A stretch of 64,000 bases of DNA from the human T2T-CHM13v2.0 reference genome, Homo sapiens. The notes below the pieces were generated by a model. It saw only the letters and a list, made by a program, of their open reading frames with translations, made no database searches and was not told where the DNA came from. The stretch is from the NCBI RefSeq assembly GCF_009914755.1, contig NC_060925.1; one strand, written 5' to 3'. Positions 1 through 13,608 of this stretch are shown piece after piece. The stretch's first letter is position 1. Each line of letters begins with the position of its first letter. The position numbers and the translations under genes were made by a program.

Positions 1-407
1 ATTAGGCCATAAATTACATGAGGACAGCAACCATATAGTTTAAGTTTCTATCTCCCAGAAAAGTTATCACAGTGCTTTAAATACAGCAAGCATAAAAATG
101 TTGGCTAAATTCAACATTTGTTTGAGTGAGATGGAACAAGAAAACAGGGGCAGGGATAGGGGGAGTAACCCCATCAACTTCAATGCTGTACATTTTTACA
201 TCTATCCAATTTCCCCCATGCATGACCTGAAATACTTGGTGTAGAGTACCTGTTTTGCACAAAGGAGGCCACCTTACTGGAAAGAAGGCAGAGCATTGAG
301 GAGGAACCAAGAGCAAGGAGAGGTGGGCACTTTAGGAACTGAGAACTAAAAATCAGCTCTCCATTAGTTGCTGTAAACGTTTAATCACTCTCAACGTAAA
401 ATTTTCT

Positions 408-612
408 GTGTGGTTAATAGAGTCAGACAGACCTGTTTGAATCCCAAATCTGACGCTCATTATTTGACCTTAGCCAAACTGGTTAACCAATCCAAGTCTC
501 AGTTTCTTCATCTGCCAAAAGGGAACGATAAATGTATACTTGATACAGATGTGAGGGTGAAATGAGCTAACGTATGTGAAGCCCTCAGCACAGTGTCTGG
601 CATAATAAAATA
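408..612 (+). mobile_element. MIR SINE
   Basis: MIR core motifs (gagtcagacagacctgtttgaatccc...tctcagtttcttcatctg...agcacagtgtctggcata). Boundaries approximate. Confidence 0.8.
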
Positions 613-806
613 GGAGCTGTTCCTCTCCGTTGGAATAGTAGGGCAGGACTTGTGCAACACTGTGATGGGAAAACAAAGATAAAGGCAGAACAGAGTGCAA
701 CACATTAGGAACATTTCAGGGGAGGTTACCTAGAAGGGCCACTACATTCTTCTCAGGACTAAATCCCTCCTGACTGTTGTCTTCACCCCAATCCTGGAAA
801 ACTCAC

Positions 807-986
807 CGTCACCCCATATTTGAGTGCTAGTCCAGCCAGGGTGTCTCCGGGCTCCAACTGATGCTCCAGGCGTCTTTCCCTCACTGGGGAGCAGGCCGAT
901 TGCACCAGGCTTCCATATGAACGAGCCCGGCTCCCTTGAAGCAGTCCTGACCCCCCTGGCGGGGGCTGTCTAGACGGGGAAGCCAT
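807..986 (-). CDS. LYSMD1: LysM domain-containing protein 1, first coding exon (aa 1-60); gene continues off the left edge
   Basis: ATG at 986-984. Translates MASPSRQPPPGGSGLL...HQLEPGDTLAGLALKYGVT (start of LysM motif). Phase-0 donor GTGAGT at 806-801. Confidence 0.95.
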
Positions 987-1369
987 CTCTTCACCCTGCC
1001 AACAGCTAAGGTTGCAACTAGGGGAGGTACGACCGAGACTGCGACTGACAGGCCTGAAGTCTGGGAATGAATATTCAGGGGATTCCTTTCCCCCTCTCTC
1101 TTCCCCTGTGTCCCCGCCTCCCCAGCACTACGCCATCTGCCCCCTCCCGGTTTCTCCTCCCTCCAAGCTACTTATCCACAAATCTGTCCCTTGAGTATTC
1201 AGTCCCTCCCTAATTCTCCCCTAAGCACCCCTCCGACTTTGGACTCCCCCACAACTCCTCGCTACATTGACCTCTGACCTTTGAACTCTAGAAATAATCC
1301 TCAACACTCTTTCCTCAGTTTGCCCCCAAGTAGCCTGGCCTCAGGGCGCTCCAACATCCCAGCTCTCCC

Positions 1370-2000
1370 CGGTCCCGGGGTTTGTTTGCTAGAGTCAGGA
1401 ACAAATCAGGCCCACCCCAGGTGAACTGTCGCCGCAGACGAAGAGCGTGAGGATTGCAAGAATTTGTAGTACACCTTCCACTCAGAGATCCTCAAAGGTC
1501 CGCTCCGCATAAGATAGGTCACACCCTCAAATTTCGGCTCCACATCTAGGTTGTTGTCCCTCCAAACGCCTCAGATCCGCCAAGATGCAAGGGCCTGGAT
1601 CCAGTTGAGCGGCAAGGTCTTTGAGAAAAGACTTCATTTCCCAAAAGGCTCCGCGTCTGCGGAGTCGCAGGGCACCATAGGAAATGCAGTTCCCTCCGAG
1701 CACCAGAGAGTGGATTTCCGGATCGCGCAATGCATGCGTGGAAGTGCGTCCCCGGAAGTACGGAGGCCGACAGGAAGAGAAGGAAAAAAGAGAAGGCGCT
1801 GTCCCGCTCTTGCTACGGTGGCCTGGAGGAGTGGCGAAACCGGAACAGAGAATTTATCACTTCTGGGACTCACAGTCGTGATGTCTTTCAAGAGGGAAGG
1901 AGACGATTGGAGTCAACTCAATGTGCTCAAAGTAAGCGTGAGCGGAGAGGATCTGGAGCCGCTTCAGTCGCTCCCTGAAGGTTGGGAAGGAGCTTTGTTT
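1370..2000. promoter_or_regulatory. CpG-rich bidirectional promoter LYSMD1/SCNM1
   Basis: Head-to-head start codons ~0.9 kb apart; CpG-dense; ETS motif CCGGAAGT 1752-1759; ZNF143-like motifs at 1451-1470, 1631-1649 and 1671-1691. Confidence 0.8.
1881..1931 (+). CDS. SCNM1: Sodium channel modifier 1 (splicing factor, zinc finger), coding exon 1
   Basis: ATG 1881, MSFKREGDDWSQLNVLK, donor GTAAGC at 1932. Confidence 0.95.
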
Positions 2001-2198
2001 CATTGCTCTGGCAACAACTCGGGGGTGCAGGAGAGAACCAGGCGACTTAGAGCTGTGTAGTGACTCCTTTTTCGGTCTATGATCGCTGTTCTCCCCAGGG
2101 TCCTTATTCCATTTCACTCCTCATTTCTATAATTTCACTTCCACCCCTCTCTCCTATCCCGCTGATCCCGTCCGGATTTCTTCCCCTACTCCCTGCAG

Positions 2199-2269
2199 AA
2201 AAGAAGAGTCGGGGACCTCCTAGCCAGTTACATTCCAGAGGATGAGGCGCTGATGCTTCGGGATGGACG
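2199..2269 (+). CDS. SCNM1: SCNM1 exon 2
   Basis: Acceptor ccctgcag; KRRVGDLLASYIPEDEALMLRDG(R); donor GTAAGA; phase 0 to 2. Confidence 0.95.
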
Positions 2270-2324
2270 GTAAGAGCAAGGAGTGGCTCAAGCCTGAGGG
2301 TTCTGCGGTTAGAGGCTCAATAGA

Positions 2325-2461
2325 CTTTTTTTTTTTTTTCCTTTGAGACGGAGGTCTCGCGGTGCTGCCCAGGCTGCCCTCGAACTCTAGGGCTCAAGTG
2401 ATCCTGCCTCCTCAGCGTCGCGATTAGCTGGGTTTACAAGCGCATGCCACCACGCCTGGCT
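2325..2461 (-). mobile_element. Alu monomer (FLAM-like)
   Basis: Poly-T followed by a single ~130-nt reverse-complement Alu arm. Confidence 0.75.
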
Positions 2462-2661
2462 TCAACAAACTTTTGTTATTAATTAGGACAGCAGGAGTAC
2501 CTAGGATTCTTTGGCGGCCAGTGAGGACTGGAAGAAGTGGAGATTGGGTCACCAGGGAGTTGGGTTTTGCAAAGACTGCTAGGACAGGGTGGGACCTATG
2601 GCAGGGACGGGCCCAACCCTCTTCCCCTGGACCACTTATCCTCTTCTCTACCCCTGCTCAG

Positions 2662-2750
2662 CTTTGCTTGTGCCATCTGCCCCCATCGACCGGTACTGGA
2701 CACCCTGGCCATGCTGACTGCCCACCGTGCAGGCAAGAAACATCTGTCCA
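2662..2750 (+). CDS. SCNM1: SCNM1 exon 3 (matrin-type C2H2 zinc finger)
   Basis: FACAICPHRPVLDTLAMLTAHRAGKKHLS (CxxC...H...H); acceptor ctcag, donor GTAAGT. Confidence 0.95.
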
Positions 2751-2848
2751 GTAAGTTAGGGGGAAGACGGGATGGGGAATAAACCCTCGAAATCTCTGCA
2801 CACCACTCTTGGTGCTATGCTTTTAATTCTGTTTCCCTTTCTCCTCAG

Positions 2849-2946
2849 GCTTGCAGCTTTTCTATGGCAAGAAGCAGCCGGGAAAGGAAAGAAAGCAGAA
2901 TCCAAAACATCAGAATGAATTGAGAAGGGAAGAAACCAAAGCTGAG
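2849..2946 (+). CDS. SCNM1: SCNM1 exon 4
   Basis: (S)LQLFYGKKQPGKERKQNPKHQNELRREETKAE; acceptor tcctcag, donor GTAATC. Confidence 0.95.
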
Positions 2947-3053
2947 GTAATCAGAGAGTGGAGAGTGTGTTCTAGGCAAGACCCTGCTGCACACACCAGG
3001 CTGGAAGGGCGGAGGGCTGAAGGCTCTGACTCTGTCTCCCATCTCCTTACCAG

Positions 3054-3142
3054 GCTCCTCTGCTAACTCAGACACGACTTATCACCCAGAGTGCTCTGCA
3101 CAGAGCTCCCCACTATAACAGTTGCTGCCGCCGGAAGTACAG
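3054..3142 (+). CDS. SCNM1: SCNM1 exon 5
   Basis: APLLTQTRLITQSALHRAPHYNSCCRRKY(R); acceptor taccag, donor GTATGG. Confidence 0.95.
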
Positions 3143-3261
3143 GTATGGGACGGGAAAGCCAGAGGTAGGAAGGCTCAGAAGGAGACAGATGGCTCTAAAA
3201 GAGTTTTCCAGTGTGTATTCTGAGGAATACTAGTGTTCTGGAGATGTTACTTAGTGTTTCA

Positions 3262-3640
<379 letters not shown>

Positions 3641-3871
3641 CTACTTGAAGAATAACAGTTTTAAAAACTATACAAAGTCTTAAGATTAAAAAAAACTTGT
3701 AAAATTTTAAGCTAGCCTTTCCCAAATTCATGATTCTGAAATCCTTTGTATGCAGAACTTATTAATATCTTGAGAAATATAGTTTAAGAAGCACTGTTTT
3801 AAGAGGTTGGGAGTCATAGGAGAGTTGGCCCTTTCCCTTACTGCTTTTACAGACTATTCTTCTCTACCTAG

Positions 3872-4066
3872 ACCAGAAGCCCCTGGTCCCTCTGTCTCCC
3901 TTTCCCCTATGCCACCCTCAGAGGTCAAACTCCAAAGTGGGAAGATCAGTAGGGAACCTGAACCTGCGGCTGGCCCACAGGCCGAGGAGTCAGCAACTGT
4001 CTCAGCCCCTGCACCCATGAGCCCCACAAGAAGACGAGCCCTGGACCATTATCTCACCCTTCGAAG
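3872..4066 (+). CDS. SCNM1: SCNM1 exon 6 (195 nt, frame-preserving)
   Basis: PEAPGPSVSLSPMPPSEVKLQ...RRRALDHYLTLR(S); acceptor acctag, donor GTGAGT. Confidence 0.95.
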
Positions 4067-4140
4067 GTGAGTATGCCTAATCAGTTTCCTCAGATTTTCT
4101 TTTCTCTCTGACACCCTTGTTTCAAAGCTATTGTTTTTCC

Positions 4141-4655
<515 letters not shown>

Positions 4656-4714
4656 CCACTAACTTCTTAATAAGCCTCTTTCCTGATCGATGCTATTTTC
4701 TCTGATGTTTCCAG

Positions 4715-4814
4715 CTCTGGATGGATCCCAGATGGACGAGGTCGATGGGTAAAAGATGAAAATGTTGAGTTTGACTCTGATGAGGAGGAACCACCTGATC
4801 TCCCCTTGGACTGA
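4715..4814 (+). CDS. SCNM1: SCNM1 exon 7, acidic C-terminus and stop
   Basis: SGWIPDGRGRWVKDENVEFDSDEEEPPDLPLD then TGA 4812-4814. Total CDS 693 nt = 230 aa. Confidence 0.95.
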
Positions 4815-4837
4815 TACCCTTTTCCCATTCATTCACA

Positions 4838-4843
4838 AATAAA
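4838..4843 (+). terminator. Proximal poly(A) signal of SCNM1
   Basis: AATAAA 23 nt after the stop codon, followed by U-rich sequence. Confidence 0.75.
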
Positions 4844-4877
4844 TTACAATGGGTGCTGAGAACTTAACTTTCCTTAA

Positions 4878-5272
<395 letters not shown>

Positions 5273-5729
5273 ACGGCTATCCATACTTCTAACCCCTCCC
5301 CCACCTCCTACCAAAGCCATGCCAAGCGTCAGCTGCATCAGCCTGGTGCCCTATTAATAAGACTGTCAAAAAGAGGTCTTTGCCCTTCATGTTGTCTGCC
5401 TGCTTCTCCACTACCACTCAAAGTCCTTTCCCCCTTCAAATCACATAAGGACTGCAGGTAGGCACTAGGGGGACCTGGCCACATCTGGAAACAGGGCTGT
5501 GGCTAAGTTCCCTGTGAAAGTAGAAGAGTCAAAAGGCATTGGCAGGGTTATGGGGAACACCAAGGGAGGGAACACCCCCACCTCCTCCTAGTAACCTGAA
5601 CCTCCCTGCCTGCTGATCCCCAGAGTATAAATAATCCCCTGGTGAACTGGCAGTAACCCTTGGGGGTTAGCGCCAAGATTCTCACCCCAAAGCCCAAGGA
5701 AGGAGGCAGGCAAAATGGATAGAAGGGCT

Positions 5730-5735
5730 TTTATT
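5730..5735 (-). terminator. Poly(A) signal of TMOD4
   Basis: AATAAA on the minus strand ~75 nt after the TMOD4 stop. Confidence 0.8.
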
Positions 5736-5809
5736 TACAGGAAAGGAGGACAGATGAGGATTTAAGTGTCCAGTGCTCCCAGCGCTAGTTGGTAAAGGGA
5801 AATGCAGTG

Positions 5810-5832
5810 TTATCTCTTCTTTTGCTGGCGAC
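5810..5832 (-). CDS. TMOD4: Tropomodulin 4, last coding exon
   Basis: Acceptor ctttacag; (R)RQQKKR then TAA. Total CDS 1038 nt = 345 aa. Confidence 0.92.
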
Positions 5833-6247
5833 CTGTAAAGGAGCAATATTAAACATAAGTGTTTGTTCCAGCTCCTGCTTTCTGCAAAGGCACTCTTCTC
5901 CTTTCCAGTCCCTTAGCCAAACTCATAAATTGGTAGTGTCTTAGGCCACCTTACAGGCCCATCCCACATTAACAAAACAAAACAAGAAACCACACCACAA
6001 ATAAAATTACGATACCTCTAAACAAGTATGATTATCTCTGGCATCCTTTCTACCTCTCTACTGGTCCATATTTGGGGCAGGGGGAGTTTTCTGTTTACTT
6101 TCTGATCACTCTTGGGATTTGAAATTCTCATATGAATAGCTCTTTGGTAGCACCCTGGGCTGTTAGTCATTAGGTCTGCTTTCAGGAGGATCCACCAATT
6201 TCTGCACTTCCCTGACCACTCCACACATCATGTCTGCAGTTACTCAC

Positions 6248-6392
6248 GTAGTTCATTGTTTCGGGTCATGGCCTGGGCTGCCCGAGCTCGTGGCCCCTGC
6301 TGTGTAAAGTGGTAGCCAAAGCGGACAATAGAGGGACACTGCTCTAGCACGGTGGCCATCTCCATCTCCACTGCATCACCAGGCCACTGGCG
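6248..6392 (-). CDS. TMOD4: TMOD4 exon 9
   Basis: RQWPGDAVEMEMATVLEQCPSIVRFGYHFTQQGPRARAAQAMTRNNEL; acceptor cccccag, donor GTGAGT. Confidence 0.95.
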
Positions 6393-6648
6393 CTGGGGGA
6401 GGGAGAGGCAAAAGCTGACAGTCACCCTCTCTGGGCTGTTTACCATCCCACATCACAGACCCCTTTGGGAGGTCAAAGAAGCTTGTTTCTCCACAGTGGG
6501 TGAAGAGAGATGCTGACTTGGCTTCCCTCACAGAGACAATGAAGAGGAGAATTCAAGCAAGATTAAGTAAGATAGCTGCCCCACTGGCTGGCTCAGGGAG
6601 GAGACTCAATGAGACTGAATGCTAACATCAGGGGAAGGGAATGCTGAC

Positions 6649-6792
6649 CTGATTGTCTACACGGAGCTCAGTGAGTGTGGCATTTTCCCGAACTGCCTTC
6701 AGCACAGCCATGAGTCCTGTGCTGCTAATGAAGTTGGATTCGATGTTTAGGCTCTGGAGGCTACGATTCTCACGCAACATGTCAGCCACTGC
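6649..6792 (-). CDS. TMOD4: TMOD4 exon 8 (LRR)
   Basis: AVADMLRENRSLQSLNIESNFISSTGLMAVLKAVRENATLTELRVDNQ; acceptor cccag, donor GTCAGC. Confidence 0.95.
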
Positions 6793-7161
6793 CTGGGTAG
6801 TAGGGACTTGGGTTAGGATTAGGGAACAGTTTCACAGATGACTGAGGAAAGAAAGAACAGGAGCAAGAGGGAAACACAGCTCTTTGAGAAGAGTCTTTCA
6901 GGTGCTGTAAATGGAGCTAGAGGGATACAGAAAGCAGGGCGGATAGCAGGGGAAAGCAGGGAGATGAATGTGCAGTGGGACTAGGGGTGTTAGAGAGAGT
7001 AGAGAGTTATGAGCCATAGCACTGAAGGTAGGAGTCTCCATGAGGGCTGCCCTAAGAAGGCATGATGAGAATAGCACTCCCTAGCAAAACCCTTTATGAC
7101 AGCCATGCAACAGGTGCATGTAAGATGTGGGGAGAGGGCTGGGGATGTCAACTAGCCTTAC

Positions 7162-7269
7162 ATTGGCAATGGGGTCACCACTCCTCGTGGCTACCAGACT
7201 GAAGCTCCGCACATAGGTATTTGCCTTCATTGCCTCACACAGCTCACTTAGCATGGGTATTGGGATGTC
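7162..7269 (-). CDS. TMOD4: TMOD4 exon 7 (LRR)
   Basis: DIPIPMLSELCEAMKANTYVRSFSLVATRSGDPIAN; acceptor gatag, donor GTAAGG. Confidence 0.95.
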
Positions 7270-7361
7270 CTATCGGAGGGGAATAGGAGATGGTGGGCTA
7301 AGGGACTCTTGGATGTCAGTGGTTATCCGGTGTTATGGTTTGGAGGATGCAAGTCAAATAC

Positions 7362-7492
7362 CTGTATATTATTCAAGTTCACCTCCTCCAGCTCCTTGTC
7401 ATTGCTTCGGACCCTCTTTAGTATCTCCTCAATGTTTGTGGGATTTGGGGGTTCATCCGGCACTGGCTTATACTTGTCAGGCTGTACCACAC
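7362..7492 (-). CDS. TMOD4: TMOD4 exon 6
   Basis: (S)VVQPDKYKPVPDEPPNPTNIEEILKRVRSNDKELEEVNLNNIQ; acceptor caccag, donor GTATTT. Confidence 0.95.
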
Positions 7493-7698
7493 CTGGTGAA
7501 TGAGGGCAGGAAGGGAACCCCAACATGTTCCCCATAATCTCCTCCCCATTGGTTTTCTTTTCTTTTCTTTTTTTTTTTTTTTGAGATGGAGTCTCGCTCT
7601 ATCCACCTAGGCTGGAATGCAGTGGCACAATCTCAACTCACAGCAGCCTTGACCTCCCGGGTTCAAGAAATTCTTGTGCCTCTGCTTCCCAAGTATAA

Positions 7699-8096
<398 letters not shown>

Positions 8097-8258
8097 TAAG
8101 AAGAGGAGTCACAGGGAATGAGAAGGAACCTGTTCCAAGCCTCCCTCCTACCTATTTCTGAATCTGTTGCATTTGTAAAGCCTGACCACTTACACTTTGC
8201 CAAAGAAGTTTCCCACCCTCTTTCAGCCCCAGGGGTCCTTTCCATAAACTTCTTAAGG

Positions 8259-9109
<851 letters not shown>

Positions 9110-9227
9110 CTTGACGCTTTCTTAGACATCCACATTCTGGTTGAGGGCCTTCCTCACTAGTCCCATGTCATGGCTAGAATCCACCTGCCCCTGATCCTCT
9201 CACCCTCAACTTCCCACAGCTACCCAC

Positions 9228-9344
9228 CTGCAATGTCACACATTTCAGCATCTGTGGCATGTGCCAGTGCCTCCTCCAGCTCAGGCTCCAGGGTGATCTG
9301 CTCCTCTGCTGGGATTTCCCTCTTGGGCTGAATATAGGGTTTCC
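9228..9344 (-). CDS. TMOD4: TMOD4 exon 4
   Basis: (G)KPYIQPKREIPAEEQITLEPELEEALAHATDAEMCDIA; acceptor catcag, donor GTGGGT. Confidence 0.95.
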
Positions 9345-9525
9345 CTGATGGGGAGATGAAGGATGGCTCAGGTAGAGGTAATTTCTCCCAAGATCCTGGC
9401 CTCCAGGTTTCCTTCCTCCTCCAGGAGGTAGAATGCTGGGTCACGAAGGGACACTGGAAAGCCTGAGTCCTCTACAAACTCAAGAGTCCTTAGCCCCCTG
9501 ATCTCTCAAGAACTGAAGAGTGCGG

Positions 9526-9995
<470 letters not shown>

Positions 9996-10119
9996 TCAGG
10001 GCATCTGAGTCCCTAGGCAACTAGGAGCTGGAAGGTGAGAGGGAAACTGGAGTGGGGACGAGTGAGAGACAGCACAGCCACTTGGGTTCTACGAGGCATG
10101 GATGTCAGGGTCCCCATAC

Positions 10120-10276
10120 CCTTCTTCTCGCCTGTGAAGGGCACCAAGTCATCACGCTCTTTGACTTCTAGTGCCTGTTGCTCCAAGTACTGCAAAAGGG
10201 CCTCTCGGTCCAGTGGCCCCGTTGGGCTCTTCTTTGTCTGGTCACGTTGTCTTAGTCCAGCTGGCAGGAGCATGTT
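10120..10276 (-). CDS. TMOD4: TMOD4 exon 3
   Basis: NMLLPAGLRQRDQTKKSPTGPLDREALLQYLEQQALEVKERDDLVPFTGEKK; acceptor ccctaag, donor GTATGG. Confidence 0.95.
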
Positions 10277-10481
10277 CTTAGGGATGAGTTTTGGGGAGCA
10301 AGTCAGACCTCCCCTCTGACCTAGGTACTGCTAGGGCTCCCTAAAACATCACCGGACACCTTTCCCCTGGCCTTCTTAGGACCCTAGGTCCTGTAGCAAA
10401 CCCTATTCTCAGCCACCCAGAGCCCAACACCCTTCCCAAATGCCTGGGACTGCCTCTGGTTCCCTGTGCTGGAGCCCCTAC

Positions 10482-10604
10482 CTCAGGATCCATCTCCTGT
10501 AGTTCGCAGTCCAGCTGCTCTAGCTCCTCGGGGCTCAAGGTCCTTAGGATCTCATCTTCATCTATGTCTCTGTATTTCTCCAGTTCCTTCTGATATGATG
10601 ACAT
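10482..10604 (-). CDS. TMOD4: TMOD4 first coding exon (exon 2; acceptor likely at 10646)
   Basis: GCCACCATG Kozak context; MSSYQKELEKYRDIDEDEILRTLSPEELEQLDCELQEMDPE (tropomodulin N-terminus); donor GTAGGG. Confidence 0.95.
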
Positions 10605-11652
10605 GGTGGCCCCCACCCCCTCCCCACTGTGTGGTACTCACAGAGCCTGGGCAACATGGGACAAAAGGATGGACAATGGTAAGATGGACAGGGACACAGC
10701 AGGGACACAAAGAGACCAGCCAGGGGGGCAGAACATTGGATTGGATTTCTTGGAGATTAGAAGTCTAGTTGAGGATGGGAAGTGGGGAAGATTAGGTTGT
10801 TTAGAGTTAGAACTAGAGTCTCCTTTCTGCTTCCCCAGCTTCCAGCCACTCTGGATGGGGATCCCAGACATCTAAGCTGGGTTTGTCTTCCCACGGTATG
10901 ACAGAGAAATCCTGGCAGCACCCCTCCCCTATAACCTCACTTGTCAGTGCCTTCGCCCTAACACAGCTGCTGGAAGCCCTGCCAACACAGCTGGTCCTAT
11001 GCCCAGTTCCTATTGAAAGGGGATGAGGGGTGGGGGAATAGAGAGCTTCAGGGAAATTCCTCCTCTCCTCCTCATAATCCAGGCTTTTTCCTAAACCGGA
11101 TAAAAAAACCAAGGACAATGAGGTGTAAGGGGAAGAGAGAGTCTCTTACCCCATCCTCATTTCCCTTTTATTGTGGGGGATCAAGATTTCACTTTCTGTG
11201 TTTGCTAAAATTTGAAGTCTTAAGGGAAAGCAAGGGCTCGGAGCAGTTGGGGGACTTCCAGGTTGGGGGAAGGGTAGTAAGGCCTCTGTGAGTCCCCATA
11301 ATCTGTCCCTTGCTTTGGACAGGAAGGTGACACCAGACCAATGGGTGTAAATAGGGTAAAGTTTCTTTAAAAACAGTGGGAATATTAAACTCGCACAATT
11401 TTGTACAATATAAGATACGCATAAGGAGCTATGCATACACACCATGCTGAATATGAAAGATCCAGAAAGTATGTGAGACACATCGACAATGTAAACTATA
11501 CACAGTTAAGGGGTAGGACGGCACAGTGGCAGAAATATACACTGAGTGACAGAGACAGGGACACACTCCACATCATTCCCCATAGGAGCCACTCTTCTCC
11601 TCCCATCTCCCACCGGGCTCTCATCCATAAGCCCCCTGTCTTCCCCACCTAC

Positions 11653-11755
11653 CAGTCCTGGTGGTCACCTCCCTTCTCACCTCCCCTGTGTCAGTAGGTC
11701 TGTCTGTTCTACTAGAGCACTGTCCCAGCAGCAGGAGGAGCCCGGTGCCGGGGGA
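11653..11755 (-). other. TMOD4: Probable non-coding exon 1 of TMOD4 (5' boundary approximate)
   Basis: Donor CTG|GTAGGT at 11652-11647; TATA-like TAATAAAA at 11790-11783, ~30 nt upstream of the inferred start. Confidence 0.65.
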
Positions 11756-11779
11756 GAGGGTGGGGGAACAGTGAGCTCA

Positions 11780-11975
11780 GCATTTTATTATTTTAGCTCT
11801 GGCCAGGTGGGGGGTAGTGGGAGATCACATATACACAGCCCCCATACCCTGCCCAGCCCTGAGAGCCTCTAGTGGTCATTAACAGCCATGGCATCTCTTC
11901 CACTTCCCTTCATACAAGCCCCAGTCTGAGACATATGAGTTCGACTAGAATCAGCCAGTTCCTCCTTATTTGGTG
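11780..11975 (-). promoter_or_regulatory. TMOD4 muscle-type promoter
   Basis: AT-rich TATA-like element 11783-11796, E-box CAGGTG 11804-11809, perfect CArG box CCTTATTTGG 11964-11973. Confidence 0.65.
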
Positions 11976-12203
11976 CCTGCTGTATTCAAAACAGTGAGTG
12001 TAAAGTGATAGGAAGGTCAATACAAGGATGTGTTTTGGTGTGCAATTTTCAGATGTTTATAATTTAGTTGGAGGAATGAATACAATTTAGAAAGGACAGC
12101 TCATAATAAATGCTATCGAATAAAGACCCAAATATATGCAGGTATTCAAATACTTCTTGCTCCCAACCCTAGACTGGACACCAGACAAAAGGGATCTTTC
12201 TAT

Positions 12204-12209
12204 TTTATT
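12204..12209 (-). terminator. Poly(A) signal of VPS72
   Basis: AATAAA on the minus strand ~165 nt after the stop; variant TATAAA at 12056-12061. Confidence 0.75.
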
Positions 12210-12372
12210 AGATTAAAAAACACAACGAAACCTGTAAGAACTAGGGGAAAAGGAAAAAGAAACAGATTAGGCAAAGATCAGAGATGACAAAGGGGAGAAG
12301 CAGGGAGAAGAAACGGAACAGCAAGAGCCCCAATCAGGGCAGGAAAGAAGTTTCTGAGGACTAGACATCTCT

Positions 12373-12760
12373 TCATTTAATGACAATTTTCTGGCGCAAG
12401 GCTCGGGGCCCAGAGCCAGGGAGGGGCTCAGGAGGTGGCGGGCCGGGGCCCAGGGCTGAGGCAGTGGGCGGCAGTCCATGGGCAGTAATGTACTTCTTGT
12501 AAGCCTCACGAATGATCTTGAAGGCTCGAGCAGTGGCATAGGGTATGTCTGTAACAGGGTCCCGGTATAGGGCTGGACGATGGGTCACTGGACAGACCTC
12601 ACGAACAGGGACTTTTGGGGGCCGCCCTTGGGGGAACCATTCCTCGAAAGTTGCATCATCACTAAAAGTGATGAAGGTACGTGAGCAGCGAGCAGGGGGG
12701 TTGACGGGTCCAGTCCCAGCATGAGGAGTCAATGCAGACACCGAGGGAGCAGGATCAAGT
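12373..12760 (-). CDS. VPS72: VPS72/YL1 last exon (YL1 C-terminal domain, Pro-rich tail)
   Basis: (G)LDPAPSVSALTPH...CPVTHRPALYRDPVTDIPYAT...RQKIVIK then TGA. Total CDS 1095 nt = 364 aa. Confidence 0.95.
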
Positions 12761-12833
12761 CTGAGGACAAAAGACAAGGAAAAACACAAAGAGCTGAGGA
12801 GAGAAGACAACAGATACAGAAAGAAGGAAATCA

Positions 12834-13608
<775 letters not shown>

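Noticed and set aside
10609-10626. G-rich tract just upstream of the TMOD4 Kozak sequence as an RNA G-quadruplex
   Set aside because: Only three G-runs, so it does not meet the canonical four-tract pattern.
11783-11796. MEF2 site in the TMOD4 promoter
   Set aside because: Two mismatches to YTAWWWWTAR. Kept only as a TATA-like AT-rich element.
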